This document shows, piece by piece, positions 1 through 9,753 of a stretch of 64,000 nucleotides of DNA (position 1 is its first letter; every line of letters starts with the position of its first letter). The stretch comes from a virus (Duplodnaviria > Caudoviricetes), in IMG/VR virus record IMGVR_UViG_2930337131_000001, positions 1-64,000 of that record, one strand, 5' to 3'. The notes under the pieces are model-generated. The model saw only the letters and a list, made by a program, of their open reading frames with translations. It did not search any database and had not been told where the DNA came from. Position numbers and translations under genes: made by a program.

Positions 1-15
1 GGGGAGCTGCCGCGG

Positions 16-909
16 TCAGGCGGCGAGCAGAAGCTGGGGGTCGTCCGGCAGGCTGTTGAGGAGCGCGTTCCGCCAGGCGATGGCGTACTTGGGGCAGTTG
101 CCGCAGTGCACGTGCTTGCCGACGCATCCGGGCATCGGGGCCCGGTTCACCGCGTTGTACGACCAGGCGAGCGAGTCGGAGCTGTAGAGCTGGTGGGCGA
201 CGCGGCGGAGACCGGTCTTCTTGAAGCCGAAGCCGTGCAGGCGGATGCCCATGGACCAGATCGTTTCGATGATCCGGGCGGCCTCGTCGGTCTGCTGCAG
301 GCGGCACACAGAGCCGATGCCAACGACGGGTTCGAGCGTGAGGTCGACGCCGACCTGGTCGTACAGGTCGATGCACCGCAGGTAGTCGTCGAGCGTGCGG
401 CCCTGGATGACCGGCATCCACGGCAGCTCGGAGTCGAGCGTCATCAGGTTCAGGTACGACGCGACCGTCTTGATCTGGTGGTCCGCGATGGTGAGGCCGG
501 TCTTCGCGAGGATCTCGTCCTCACACATCCAGTCCTGAATGGAACACATGTCCATCAGGCCGATCTCGTCGTAGTACCGGCGCGCCGCCGCGGCGTACGT
601 GTACGGCGAGATCGTCCAACGGCCGTGCTGCGACAGCTCCGTGAATCCACGGGAGTCGAGCATCCACGGCGTCACGGCCCGCGGCAGGGTCACACGGTCG
701 GCCAAGCGCCCGTGGGAGACGCACAGCGGGATGCAGTCGTTGCCGAACTCTTCGCGGGCGAGCCAAGACGGCTGGTGCGTGCCCAGGTACGTCACGCGGT
801 CGACGTCGGCGAACCACGTGCGCGGGGCGTACACCGGGGCCGGACGCTTTGCCTTGGGCTGTGCGTTCGCCGCCGGGGCGGGAATGTCGAAGAGTGCGGC
901 ATCAGCCAT
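16..909 (-). CDS. DpdA/TGT-like (queuine tRNA-ribosyltransferase fold) putative DNA base-exchange transglycosylase
   Basis: TGT-family motifs MLDSRGF, PVIQG, GIGSVC, LHGFG, SSDSLAW; C-terminal Cys/His cluster. ATG at 909 follows AGGA RBS. Confidence 0.75.
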   Translation of the reverse strand: MADAALFDIPAPAANAQPKAKRPAPVYAPRTWFADVDRVTYLGTHQPSWLAREEFGNDCIPLCVSHGRLADRVTLPRAVTPWMLDSRGFTELSQHGRWTISPYTYAAAARRYYDEIGLMDMCSIQDWMCEDEILAKTGLTIADHQIKTVASYLNLMTLDSELPWMPVIQGRTLDDYLRCIDLYDQVGVDLTLEPVVGIGSVCRLQQTDEAARIIETIWSMGIRLHGFGFKKTGLRRVAHQLYSSDSLAWSYNAVNRAPMPGCVGKHVHCGNCPKYAIAWRNALLNSLPDDPQLLLAA

Positions 910-978
910 GGTGTTCCTCGCTTCGTGGTCCGTTGGCGGTGCTCTCCGCCAACACGAGGAATAGTACACCCTGGGCAA
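910..978 (-). promoter_or_regulatory. Class A box plus AGAGCA-hairpin leader (copy 1)
   Basis: TTGCCCAGGGTGTACTATTC...GTTGGCGG-AGAGCA-CCGCCAAC-GGACCACGAA-GCGAGGAACACC-ATG. Confidence 0.8.
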
Positions 979-1044
979 CGTGTGGGGTAGGGGTGCGCGG
1001 AAACTGAAGCGGGGACCGCGCCAGGACGGCCCCCGCTCGCGTGA

Positions 1045-2145
1045 TCAGGCGGCCAGGCCGTACAACGTGACCTGACGGGCGCGGTACTTGCTCGCCGCGG
1101 CCCGGCCGATGTGCCCGGCCATCGCGGTCCCAGCCGGCGGCCGCGCGGCGGGACCCTCGGCCTCCTCGAGCGCCTGGGCGCGCCGGATGATCTCCCGCAT
1201 CGACAACCCCTTCTTGAAGTCGGCCCCGACCACCACTTCGGTCCGGGCGTACGCCGCGGCGAGCTCCGGCACCCGGCGGGCGCCATTCACCAAGTCGCTG
1301 TTGCACCCGAGGACACAGAAAACGCAGCTCAGGCGCCGGTTTCCCCAGTCGTAAGCCGGGTGGTACGGCAGACGCGACCGGGCTATCTCCTGCCACACCT
1401 TCCGGTCGCTCCACGCGTGGATCGGGCGCCAGGTGACGACGTGCCGCTTGCCATTGCTCGCGCCGCGGTTGATCTCCACCTCGGCGAGCTGCGCCCGCGC
1501 GGTGCTCTCCGCGGCCCGCTGGCCGATGCACTCCAGGATCCGCACGGGACGGCCCAGGTCGCCCAGCTCGGCGACCAGCCGCGTGTACAGGGTCCGGATC
1601 GGGCCCCGCTTGGCGTCCGGGGTGCACCAGCGCGCAGAACTCGACGGCCAGGCCGGCGCAACCTTCGCCGTCGTCGGGTCCTCGCCGCGCTCCCGCGCCT
1701 CCTCCTCGGCCTTCGCCTTCAGCTTGCCGTACCGGATCTCGACGCGGTCGAGGAGATCGGCGCCCTTCGCCTGGACCACCTCGAACCGGGGGACCCCGGC
1801 GAGCGCGGCCTGGAGCTCGGCGAGCTCGCGCGTCCCCTCCCACTCGACCCGGCCCAAGTCCGCGTGGACGACGACGACCTTGTGCAGCATCCCCAGGGCC
1901 TTCGCGCGCCGCACGACGTACGACAGCATCGCCTGACTGTCCTTGCCGCCACTGCTCGAGATCACGACCCAGTCCGCGTCACGGATCATCTCGTCCGGCA
2001 CGGTCGTCGACGGCTCGAGGGGCACGGACGCGTGCACCGTCTTCCGCCGCTTCGGCTTCGGCGTGGGCTTCGCCGGCGCTTCGACCACGGCGGCTATCTG
2101 GGGGCTCTGGATGGCGGGGAGGTCGAACAGGGTCGCGGTCTGCAT
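1045..2145 (-). CDS. PAPS-reductase-family (PP-loop adenine nucleotide alpha-hydrolase) protein
   Basis: SSSGGKDS PP-loop, HADLGRVEW, RWCT..KRGP, GQRAAES, RLSCVFC. Confidence 0.85.
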   Translation of the reverse strand: MQTATLFDLPAIQSPQIAAVVEAPAKPTPKPKRRKTVHASVPLEPSTTVPDEMIRDADWVVISSSGGKDSQAMLSYVVRRAKALGMLHKVVVVHADLGRVEWEGTRELAELQAALAGVPRFEVVQAKGADLLDRVEIRYGKLKAKAEEEARERGEDPTTAKVAPAWPSSSARWCTPDAKRGPIRTLYTRLVAELGDLGRPVRILECIGQRAAESTARAQLAEVEINRGASNGKRHVVTWRPIHAWSDRKVWQEIARSRLPYHPAYDWGNRRLSCVFCVLGCNSDLVNGARRVPELAAAYARTEVVVGADFKKGLSMREIIRRAQALEEAEGPAARPPAGTAMAGHIGRAAASKYRARQVTLYGLAA

Positions 2146-2235
2146 GGCGGGCGTCCTCGAGGGCGTGGAGCGGGCGGAGCGGGGCGGCGAGCGGGGACAG
2201 GGGGCGCAGCACGGGCCGCGCCCCCTGGGGGGTCG

Positions 2236-2691
2236 TCAGCGGTACCAGTGGCCGAACTGGTTGCGCGCGGTCACGTACATCTCTCCGTGCGTCTCGGTGG
2301 CCCACGGCGACCGGGGCAGCTCGTACCGGACGACCGCGCCGAACCGGCAGGTGGACACGACGGACGCGGTGACGTCTCCCACGACGGTGATCACGTCGCC
2401 GGTCTGCAGACCCAGGAAGTCCGGCGTGGACACGCTCGCCTCGGTCCTCCACCACGCGCCCCACGCCTTCGGCTCGTGCGGGGACCTCGAGAGCGGCGCG
2501 AACCGGTCGCCCGGCCGGTGGTCGACCCACTCCGCCGTGCCCGCCTTCGGGCTGTACAGGTGTGCACGGTCGTACGCGGCCGGGACGCTCGAGACGGGCA
2601 GCTCTCCCAGGGCGAGCGGCCGACGGACCTTCACGGGGGCCGGGACGGCGGGGGCGGCGGGGGCGACGTCGAACAGGGCGAGGGTCTGCAT
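2236..2691 (-). CDS. hypothetical protein
   Basis: GGAGG RBS then MQTLALFD; GC3-rich frame. Confidence 0.7.
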   Translation of the reverse strand: MQTLALFDVAPAAPAVPAPVKVRRPLALGELPVSSVPAAYDRAHLYSPKAGTAEWVDHRPGDRFAPLSRSPHEPKAWGAWWRTEASVSTPDFLGLQTGDVITVVGDVTASVVSTCRFGAVVRYELPRSPWATETHGEMYVTARNQFGHWYR

Positions 2692-2771
2692 GGGGTCCTC
2701 CAGGACGTGAGGCGGGCGGAGAGGGGGGCCGGGGCGCACCGTGCGGGCTGCGCCCCGACCCGGGGGAGCTG

Positions 2772-3497
2772 CTAGCCGTTGCAGGCGGCGCGGATGGCGG
2801 CGATGAACTTGGCGGCCGCCGCGGTGGCGCTCGCGGGGTCGGCGTCCGGGTCGCACCGGTGGATCACCACCTCGTCCGCGCCGTTGTTGAACCGGATCTG
2901 CCAGGTGCCGCCCCAGTGCTCGAGCGGCTCGTCGACGAACACCCAGTCCTCATGGGCCTCGTAGACGTACGCGACGAGCTGGGGCGTCCCGACGCCGGGG
3001 AAGTCGTCGCCGGTCAGGGGGATGACCAGCCACGAGTTACCGGCGTCGTCGTCGCGGTGGGCGGTGATGCCGTACTCGGTGAGCGCCGCGGTCATCCGCT
3101 CGCGGGCCGTGGGCAGCGGGGGCGTGAGGATGAGCCGCGCGAGACGCTCCCGGCCGGTGTGGTCGCGCTCCCAGACCTCCGCCGCGCGCCAGCGGGCCAC
3201 GCGGAACAGGTGGGCGTACTCGAGGGTGACGCGCAGCCGCTCGTCGCACTGCTGCTCCCAGCCGGCGCTCGGCCGGTGTTCGGGGAGGAGCTCCAGGACC
3301 ACCTCGCCGGTCTCGCGGCGCGGGTCCAGGTAGGCCCCGGCGCTGATGCACTGGTCCCGCTCGTTGAACGCGGCCAGCGGCTGCCCGTCGTGCGTCAGGA
3401 GACGGATGGCGGCCTTCACCTGGGGGACGTCGACGCTCCCGGGGAGGCAGCCGAGGGGGCGCGGCGCGGTCTGGGCGGTGGCGGGCTTCGTGGTCAT
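2772..3497 (-). CDS. hypothetical protein
   Basis: RBS GAGGAG; codon bias; co-oriented run. Confidence 0.7.
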   Translation of the reverse strand: MTTKPATAQTAPRPLGCLPGSVDVPQVKAAIRLLTHDGQPLAAFNERDQCISAGAYLDPRRETGEVVLELLPEHRPSAGWEQQCDERLRVTLEYAHLFRVARWRAAEVWERDHTGRERLARLILTPPLPTARERMTAALTEYGITAHRDDDAGNSWLVIPLTGDDFPGVGTPQLVAYVYEAHEDWVFVDEPLEHWGGTWQIRFNNGADEVVIHRCDPDADPASATAAAAKFIAAIRAACNG

Positions 3498-3583
3498 GGC
3501 GCGGGGTTCTCCTCGGTGAAGTCGTGGCGTGCTGGGGGGGGCGGGGCGCAGCGTCGGGGTGCTGCGCCCCGCCGGGGGTCCGG

Positions 3584-3799
3584 CTAGAGCTGGGGTTCGC
3601 GGACGCGGCCGTCGGAGTACACGAACAGCAGGGGCGCGCCCTGGTCGGTGCGGACGGCGGCGGTGTGGGCGGGGTAGCGCAGGGCGGCCATCTCGGTGTG
3701 CGCGCGGCTGACGATGTCCTCGCGGGCCATGTCGTCGGGCAGCTCGGTCACGGTGCCCTGTCGGACGTCGGACCAGTTGGCGTAAAGGTCGATGCGCAT
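3584..3799 (-). CDS. hypothetical protein
   Basis: RBS GAGGA; 71 aa; flanked by hairpins. Confidence 0.65.
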   Translation of the reverse strand: MRIDLYANWSDVRQGTVTELPDDMAREDIVSRAHTEMAALRYPAHTAAVRTDQGAPLLFVYSDGRVREPQL

Positions 3800-3887
3800 G
3801 GGGTTCCTCTGCTGGGGCCGAGTGAGGCGGGGAGGGTGCCGGGGCGCGGCGCGTACGGTCGCGCCCCGGCGGTAGGGACCGGACCGG

Positions 3888-4304
3888 TCAGACGACGTCG
3901 GTGACGGTGAAGTGGTCGGCCAGGCCGTGACCGGCGTTCTCGGCCTCCATGCGCACGGCGGCGATGTACACGGCCTCGATCACCGCGCGGGTGGTGTGGT
4001 CGACGACGTACCACTTGCCGCCACGGCCGCCCGTCCAGAAGTCGAGCGCGTACCGGGTCGCCAGGGTGACGGGCTCCAGGTACTCGACGACGCGGATGGT
4101 CTGGCCCCACGCGCCCTCGGCGGTGCGGATGCCGGACTCGCGCAGCACCTTGCCGCCCGCGATGTTGAACGCGTACGCGTCGTGCTGCTCGCGGGGGACG
4201 GTGGTGGAGTAGATCCGGTGGTGCATGACCGCGCGCGGCTCGCCGAACTGGGCGGACAGCTCCCACCAGGGCTTCAGGGCGGCCTCTACGGGGGCAACGC
4301 TCAT
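3888..4304 (-). CDS. hypothetical protein
   Basis: ATG at 4304 directly after leader copy 2. Confidence 0.7.
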   Translation of the reverse strand: MSVAPVEAALKPWWELSAQFGEPRAVMHHRIYSTTVPREQHDAYAFNIAGGKVLRESGIRTAEGAWGQTIRVVEYLEPVTLATRYALDFWTGGRGGKWYVVDHTTRAVIEAVYIAAVRMEAENAGHGLADHFTVTDVV

Positions 4305-4396
4305 AGGGGTGTTCCTCCTTCGTGGTCTGGCGGGTGCTCTCCCGCCAACACGCAGAATAGTACACCCTGGGCAATGATGGGTAGGGGTTGCCCAGG
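4305..4396 (-). promoter_or_regulatory. Class A box plus AGAGCA-hairpin leader (copy 2)
   Basis: CCTGGGCAA..TTGCCCAGG inverted pair; GTGTACTATTC; TGGCGGG-AGAGCA-CCCGCCA-GACCACGAA-GGAGG. Confidence 0.8.
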
Positions 4397-4479
4397 AAAA
4401 CCCACGGGGAACGGCCCCGGGATTCCCTCCGGCTGTGCATTCGGGGGAGTCTCGGGGCTCTACCTGCCCGGGGGAGCTG

Positions 4480-5502
4480 CTACGCGGCCGGGGCGAACAG
4501 CCGGCGCTCGGCGTCCACCGACGGCAGCAACACGCCTGCCAGGCTCGCGCTGAACTCCTCCACCTGGGCCCGGGGGATGGCGACGTGCGTGGTCCCGTCG
4601 GGGAACCGCTCCGCCATGGGGCGCGGCTTCGGCCACGGGGCACGGCGGGGCTTCACCGGCATGGGCGGGGGCACCACCAGCGCCGGACGGGCCACCGACA
4701 CGGGGAACAAGCCCTCCTGCCCGTCCTCCTCGGCCCGCACGGCGTCCACCTCGTCGGCCTCCCGCAGCATCGCGGCGTGCGCCTGCTCGAACAGCTCCAC
4801 CCGCTCGAGCTCCAGGCGCTCCGCCTCCACCCGCGCGGCCTCCGCACGGGCCAGGCGCTCCGCCTCGGCGACGACCGCGGGCACCATCCGCGCCCGGAGG
4901 GCCGTCACCGCGCTGTCGTCGGCCCGCTCGAGGTCCACACCGCCCACGGCGGCCCACACCTCCTCTGCCACGGCCCCGTGCTGCTCCCACAGCGGCCGGG
5001 AGCTGCTCCGCGCCTCCACGGGCCGCGTACGGGCCCCCAGACGCTGCGCCAGGGCGTGCAGGACGTCCGCGCGGAACTCCCGGACCCGCACGCGCATCGT
5101 CGACGCGTCCTCGTACTCCAGGAACTCCTCGGCGGCCGCGGAGCGCTTCCACGCGCCGAACACCCGGACCGCCCGGGTCGCCAGGGCCTCCACCTCGTCC
5201 AGGACCCGCTCGAGGGCCACCAGGTACCCGGCGACCGCCCCCGCGTCGCCCTGCACCGTCAGCCGCCGGTCGTCCAGGCCGCCGTACCGCTCATCCGTGC
5301 CGCACATCTCCTTGTAGAACGACCACCGCGGGTTCAGCTTGAAGGGGGTCGCCGCCTCCACCCCGTGAACGTCGGCCAGGGCCCACGCCACGTCGTGGTG
5401 CTGCTTCGCCCGACGCTTCGACGGCGCAGGGAACGCCAGGTCGACGGTAAACCGGCCCGGGGCCGACTCGTACGGGCGGGGGAACTCAACATGCGCACTC
5501 AT
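4480..5502 (-). CDS. hypothetical protein
   Basis: 340 aa, strong GC3 bias, follows leader copy 3. Confidence 0.75.
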   Translation of the reverse strand: MSAHVEFPRPYESAPGRFTVDLAFPAPSKRRAKQHHDVAWALADVHGVEAATPFKLNPRWSFYKEMCGTDERYGGLDDRRLTVQGDAGAVAGYLVALERVLDEVEALATRAVRVFGAWKRSAAAEEFLEYEDASTMRVRVREFRADVLHALAQRLGARTRPVEARSSSRPLWEQHGAVAEEVWAAVGGVDLERADDSAVTALRARMVPAVVAEAERLARAEAARVEAERLELERVELFEQAHAAMLREADEVDAVRAEEDGQEGLFPVSVARPALVVPPPMPVKPRRAPWPKPRPMAERFPDGTTHVAIPRAQVEEFSASLAGVLLPSVDAERRLFAPAA

Positions 5503-5543
5503 GCGCTCTCTCCTTCGTGGTCGTGACGGCTGCTCTCCGCCAC
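5503..5543 (-). promoter_or_regulatory. AGAGCA-hairpin leader (copy 3)
   Basis: GTGGCGG-AGAGCAG-CCGTCAC-GACCACGAA-GGAG. Confidence 0.75.
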
Positions 5544-5589
5544 AGGGGGACCGGACCGCAGGGGGCGGACCGGGGACATGGGGGCCGGC

Positions 5590-5994
5590 TCAGCGGCGAC
5601 GGAGCACACGGGCGAGCCAGCACGGGCGGCGACGTTCACGGGGCGCGCCACGCTCGTACGCCCGGATCATCGCGGCCACCGACTCCGGGTTCGGCGACTG
5701 GTGCCACTGCAGCAGCAGCCACACCCCATCGCGCAGCTCCCCGTACGGCCGGTCAAGGAACAGGGACGCTCCACCGTCCTTGTACCGCCACACCATCCAG
5801 ACGCGGGCTGACTGATACTCCCGCTGGTACACCTCCGACCGGGGAGCGGGCGGCAGACCCAACAGGCGGGCCACCTCGTCGGTGAACGCCACGAACGACG
5901 TGAACGGCTCACTGGCGAGCCGAGACTGAAGCCAGGGGGGAACCATGACGGGCTGAGCCTTCCTGAGAGCGCCCCGCAGCGCCCCGACGCACAC
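5590..5994 (-). CDS. hypothetical protein (start uncertain)
   Basis: Only plausible ORF in the gap; weaker codon bias. Confidence 0.45.
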   Translation of the reverse strand: MCVGALRGALRKAQPVMVPPWLQSRLASEPFTSFVAFTDEVARLLGLPPAPRSEVYQREYQSARVWMVWRYKDGGASLFLDRPYGELRDGVWLLLQWHQSPNPESVAAMIRAYERGAPRERRRPCWLARVLRRR

Positions 5995-6127
5995 GGCGGC
6001 CGGGAAGCGCTGAGAGAGCGGGAGAGCGGGGTTTCTGGACTTTCTGGACCGTCCACACGCGCGCGGGCGTGTAAGGCGGCTCGAGGGGTGCCGCCCGACC
6101 CGATCCGGCCGGGCGGCACCGGGCGGG

Positions 6128-7984
6128 TCAGCCCTGGGAGCGGCGGACGTACTCGACGGGGACGGCGACGCTGAACAGGGCGCCGATCACCTTGCGGGCG
6201 TTGGCGGCGGCGTCCTCGCGGCCGTCGCGCTTGCGGAACTTCGCGACGATCGCCGGGTGCGCGGGGATGAACCCCTGGGGCGTGTCGACCCCGGCCGTGA
6301 TCGTGGCGGTGACGTTCCAGCCGGTGCCGGAGTCGCTCGAGCACTGCACGCGCACCAGGGGCGTGCCGGTCTCGGCGGCGGTCAGCTCCTCGGCCGTGCC
6401 GTCGACGGCGTTGTACGCCACGGCGGCCGTACGGATCTCCTCGGCCGTGCTGGGCAGGTCGGTGCCGTGCATGCGGTGGGCGTGCGGGGCGACGGCCAGG
6501 ATCACCGCGCGGGCCTGCTCGACGGCGGCGCGCGCCTGGTCGTGGGCGGCGTTGCGGGCCCGCAGGTCCCCAGCGGTGCGCAGCGACTCCCACGCGTCCT
6601 CGACGGCGTCCTTCGCGTCGACGATGGCCAGGTGGTGCTCGCTGGGGGCGTGCTTGCCCAGGGTGAGCAGGTGGCGGCCGAGGTCCTCGAGGTCACGGGG
6701 CGCGGTGGCGCACACGGTGGCCTCGTACGCGGCCAGGGCGGCGTACAGGGTCCCGGCGGCCGGGGCGGTGTCCTCGGCGGCGGGGCCGAACACGGTGTCC
6801 AGGGAGGCGCGGGTAACCATCAGGTGCATGTCCGGCGGGAAGGTGCTGCCGGTGGTGCTCTCGTCGTGGCTGCGGAACGTCCAGGTGGGGCGGACCCAGG
6901 GCGCGCCGGGGCCGACGAACGCGGTGACGGCGTCGACGGTGCGGGTCTCGCCCATGTGGGCGTGGATCACGTCCATGCCGGGGCGGAGCATGTCGGCGCG
7001 GACGGGGAGCGCCGAACCGTCGGTGATCTCCTGGAACGTCTCGGCGTAGTACGCGGACAGCTCCGCGTCGATGTCGCCGGTCAGCTCGGCGTCCGTGGGG
7101 CGCTCCAGGGCGGGGAAGAGGTCGCCGGGGGTGGCGGGGCGCAGGTACACGGTCCGGCCGTCGCGGTAGACGATGTGGGCGGTCGACTTGCTCGCGGACA
7201 TGCGCTTGACGGTGCGCTTCACCAGCGGCTGCATCATCGCGGCGTTGATCTCGTCCAGGGCCTGCCGGGTCGGGATGATCTCGGTGGTGCCGTTCTCGGT
7301 GCGGACGTGCTTACGCTCCACGGTGGGCGCGGCGCCGGGGGCCGGCTGCGGGACGTACCGGCGGTTCTCCACGACGATCGCGCGGTCGGCGGGGTCCTGG
7401 CGGAACTGCTGACGCTTGAAGCGCAGGTTCGACACGATCTTGCGGACCTGGGCGGCGGGGATGCCGTCGTGCTTGCGCTCCTCGCCGACGTACACGGCGT
7501 GCGGCGCGTCGACGACGTCGTCGGTGGTGGGCAGCTCCTCCAGCTTCGCGGGGGCCTTGCTCCACAGGCGGATGGACACCGGCTCGACACCGCGCAGGCG
7601 CATCGGGGACAGGCGGTTGGACAGGCGCGCGGAGATCGCGTCGGTGAGTTCCTTGTCCCAGCCGCGCGGGTCGCGGTCGCCGCCCTCGACGATCTCGTCG
7701 CGCAGGGCGTGCACCTGGTCGTCGCTCATGTGGTGGAGCTGCTCGCGGATGGCCCAGTACCGCTCATCGCGGGTGAAGATGACGCGGACGCGCTCCGACT
7801 CGGCGTCCCGGCGGATGATGCGCCGGACGGTCTCCTTGTTGGCCTTGCCCTGCTCCTTGTCGGCGTCGCGGCTCATCACGGCGTCCACCAGGTCGTGCGT
7901 GACCACGCGGCCGTTGTCCAGGCGGGCGGAGATGAAGACCTGCAGCGCCATGGCTTCGGCGCGGTCGGTGGCGGTCAGCGTCAT
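6128..7984 (-). CDS. hypothetical multidomain protein
   Basis: 618 aa, strong codon bias, follows leader copy 4. Confidence 0.8.
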   Translation of the reverse strand: MTLTATDRAEAMALQVFISARLDNGRVVTHDLVDAVMSRDADKEQGKANKETVRRIIRRDAESERVRVIFTRDERYWAIREQLHHMSDDQVHALRDEIVEGGDRDPRGWDKELTDAISARLSNRLSPMRLRGVEPVSIRLWSKAPAKLEELPTTDDVVDAPHAVYVGEERKHDGIPAAQVRKIVSNLRFKRQQFRQDPADRAIVVENRRYVPQPAPGAAPTVERKHVRTENGTTEIIPTRQALDEINAAMMQPLVKRTVKRMSASKSTAHIVYRDGRTVYLRPATPGDLFPALERPTDAELTGDIDAELSAYYAETFQEITDGSALPVRADMLRPGMDVIHAHMGETRTVDAVTAFVGPGAPWVRPTWTFRSHDESTTGSTFPPDMHLMVTRASLDTVFGPAAEDTAPAAGTLYAALAAYEATVCATAPRDLEDLGRHLLTLGKHAPSEHHLAIVDAKDAVEDAWESLRTAGDLRARNAAHDQARAAVEQARAVILAVAPHAHRMHGTDLPSTAEEIRTAAVAYNAVDGTAEELTAAETGTPLVRVQCSSDSGTGWNVTATITAGVDTPQGFIPAHPAIVAKFRKRDGREDAAANARKVIGALFSVAVPVEYVRRSQG

Positions 7985-8091
7985 GGGGTGCTCCCTCGTT
8001 CGTGGTCCGGCCGGGGATGCTCGCCCCGGCCCCGCCTTAGTGGCGTCCGCTGACCGTACCGCCCTCCCCTCGAATACGCAACCCTGGGCAA
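7985..8091 (-). promoter_or_regulatory. Variant class A box plus hairpin leader (copy 4)
   Basis: TTGCCCAGGGTTGCGTATTC; GGCCGGGG-CGAGCAT-CCCCGGCC-GGACCACGAA. Confidence 0.7.
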
Positions 8092-8172
8092 TGAAAGGGT
8101 GCGGAGCGCTCGAGGAATCGCGGCGCTCACCAGGGAGTTTCAGGGAATCTCGACGCAGGGGGTTGCGAGAGA

Positions 8173-8259
8173 TTGCCTCGGGTGTACTGTTCTCCTCAGC
8201 GGTTCACACCGCAGCCCCGGAGAGCACCGGGGCGAGACCACGAACACGAGGAGCACCCG
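8173..8259 (+). promoter_or_regulatory. Variant class A box plus hairpin leader (copy 5), divergent from copy 4
   Basis: TTGCCTCGGGTGTACTGTTC; GCCCCGG-AGAGCA-CCGGGGC-GAGACCACGAA. Confidence 0.75.
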
Positions 8260-8601
8260 ATGATCACTCTCGCCAAGGCCACCGACACCCCCCGCGCCAC
8301 CGTCTCCCTGGAGAAGGACCCCACCGCCATCGTCTGGTTCCTGGCCGTCGTGACCGACATGGCCACCCCCGCCGCCCGGGTCCACGAACTGGTCGTCACC
8401 TTCGAGGAGTCCTACGACTCCCAGGTGGAAGCGGCGCACCGCCTGGCCGAGACGATCGACGGCGCCACTGTCGAGATCCTGTTCGCCAACGACCGGTCCG
8501 AGGCGTACGGCGTCGCCCGCACCGGCCAGGACTTCGACGGGATGCTCGACCTGTGGCTCGCCCAGCAGCCCCCGGCCGTGGCCGTCGAGCACGTCGGCTG
8601 A
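8260..8601 (+). CDS. hypothetical protein
   Basis: ATG after GAGGAG of leader. Confidence 0.7.
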   Translation: MITLAKATDTPRATVSLEKDPTAIVWFLAVVTDMATPAARVHELVVTFEESYDSQVEAAHRLAETIDGATVEILFANDRSEAYGVARTGQDFDGMLDLWLAQQPPAVAVEHVG

Positions 8602-8703
8602 CCCCGAGACCCGCACCGCCCGCCAACCCCCCTGGCGGGCGGTGCGCCCCGCCCCCGGGGCCGGCTGTCTGCCGGAACGGGCGCAGGGCGCACCGCCCAC
8701 ACC

Positions 8704-8743
8704 GTCCCGGAGAGCACCGGGGCCCGGACCACGAAGGAACACC
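8704..8743 (+). promoter_or_regulatory. AGAGCA-hairpin leader (copy 6)
   Basis: GTCCCGG-AGAGCA-CCGGGGC-CCGGACCACGAA-GGAACACC-ATG. Confidence 0.75.
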
Positions 8744-9310
8744 ATGCGTCGCATTCGCCTCTCGGCCGTCCTCACCCGCCGCCCCCGCCCGGTCGTGATC
8801 GCGCTCGCCGGTCTCACCGCCACCGTCGCCGCCCTGGTCTCCGTGTACGGCAGCACGTACGACGGAGCCAACGCGGGCGCCACCGTCGGCCCGGCCGGTT
8901 GCTTCGTCGGCATCGAGTGGCGCGGCGAGCCGGGCGTGTACGGCTCCTGCACCGGCGCCGACCCGGACAGCCGGGAGGGCGCGACCGCGTCCGGCCCCGC
9001 CTTCCACCTCGACTTCCCGTGGGCCGACAACGTCGACGCGGACACCGCCACGCCTGAGCCGGCCCCCGCCCCGGCCGCCGACGACGTCGTCACCGCGTAC
9101 AACGCCGGGTGGAAGGCAGGCGTCGACGCCCTCGGCCACGGCACGCACGCCACGCCCCCGGCCGCGTCCGGCGACGCGAACGACGCGGGCACCGTCGCGT
9201 GGGCAGACGGCTGGATCGACGGCCAGGCCGACGCCATGGGCGACGACGACCGAGACGGCACCGTCGAGCCGGGCGAGTCCGGGTGGGACGCAAGCACGGC
9301 CCGCCACTGA
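8744..9310 (+). CDS. putative secreted or membrane-anchored protein
   Basis: Basic N-terminus plus hydrophobic segment; acidic C-terminal DDDRDG. Confidence 0.65.
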   Translation: MRRIRLSAVLTRRPRPVVIALAGLTATVAALVSVYGSTYDGANAGATVGPAGCFVGIEWRGEPGVYGSCTGADPDSREGATASGPAFHLDFPWADNVDADTATPEPAPAPAADDVVTAYNAGWKAGVDALGHGTHATPPAASGDANDAGTVAWADGWIDGQADAMGDDDRDGTVEPGESGWDASTARH

Positions 9311-9379
9311 CCCTCGAGCACCCCGCCGGGGCGCAGCCCGCGCCCCGGCCCCCGACTCCCCAGGAAGGCACCGCACGCC

Positions 9380-9682
9380 ATGCCCAGCGCCCCCCTCACC
9401 CCCGCCCAGACCGCGCAGCTCGGCGACGCCGTCGGCCGGATCGCCGCGTACGCCGCCCGCTCCCTCGTCGACACGTACCCGCACCTGGACCTCGAGCAGC
9501 TCGTCGAGACGTTCACGCGCCCCGTGGCCGTCGAGGGCACCGCACGCCGCTACCTGGCCGCGCTGGACTGCGGCGCCACCCCGGCCGTCGCCGCCGGGCG
9601 CGCCGGGGTCGCGCTCATCAACGCGTGGGCCGAGGCGCGCCTGGCCGCCGCCCAGGCCGCCCAGGCCGCCCGCACCGCCTGA
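9380..9682 (+). CDS. hypothetical protein
   Basis: 100 aa, RBS, codon bias. Confidence 0.65.
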   Translation: MPSAPLTPAQTAQLGDAVGRIAAYAARSLVDTYPHLDLEQLVETFTRPVAVEGTARRYLAALDCGATPAVAAGRAGVALINAWAEARLAAAQAAQAARTA

Positions 9683-9753
9683 CACACCCGACCACTCCCG
9701 CCGGGGCGCAGCACCGCGCCCCGGCCCCGCACAGCTCCGAGAGGATCCACACC

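Noticed and set aside
1045-2145. cysH sulfate assimilation or a complete Dnd/Ssp system
   Set aside because: No cys, dnd or ssp partner genes in the window.
106-8053. Long plus-strand ORFs (106..990, 1111..2775, 6257..8053)
   Set aside because: Antisense to motif-bearing minus-strand genes; low-information Arg/Gly/Val composition.
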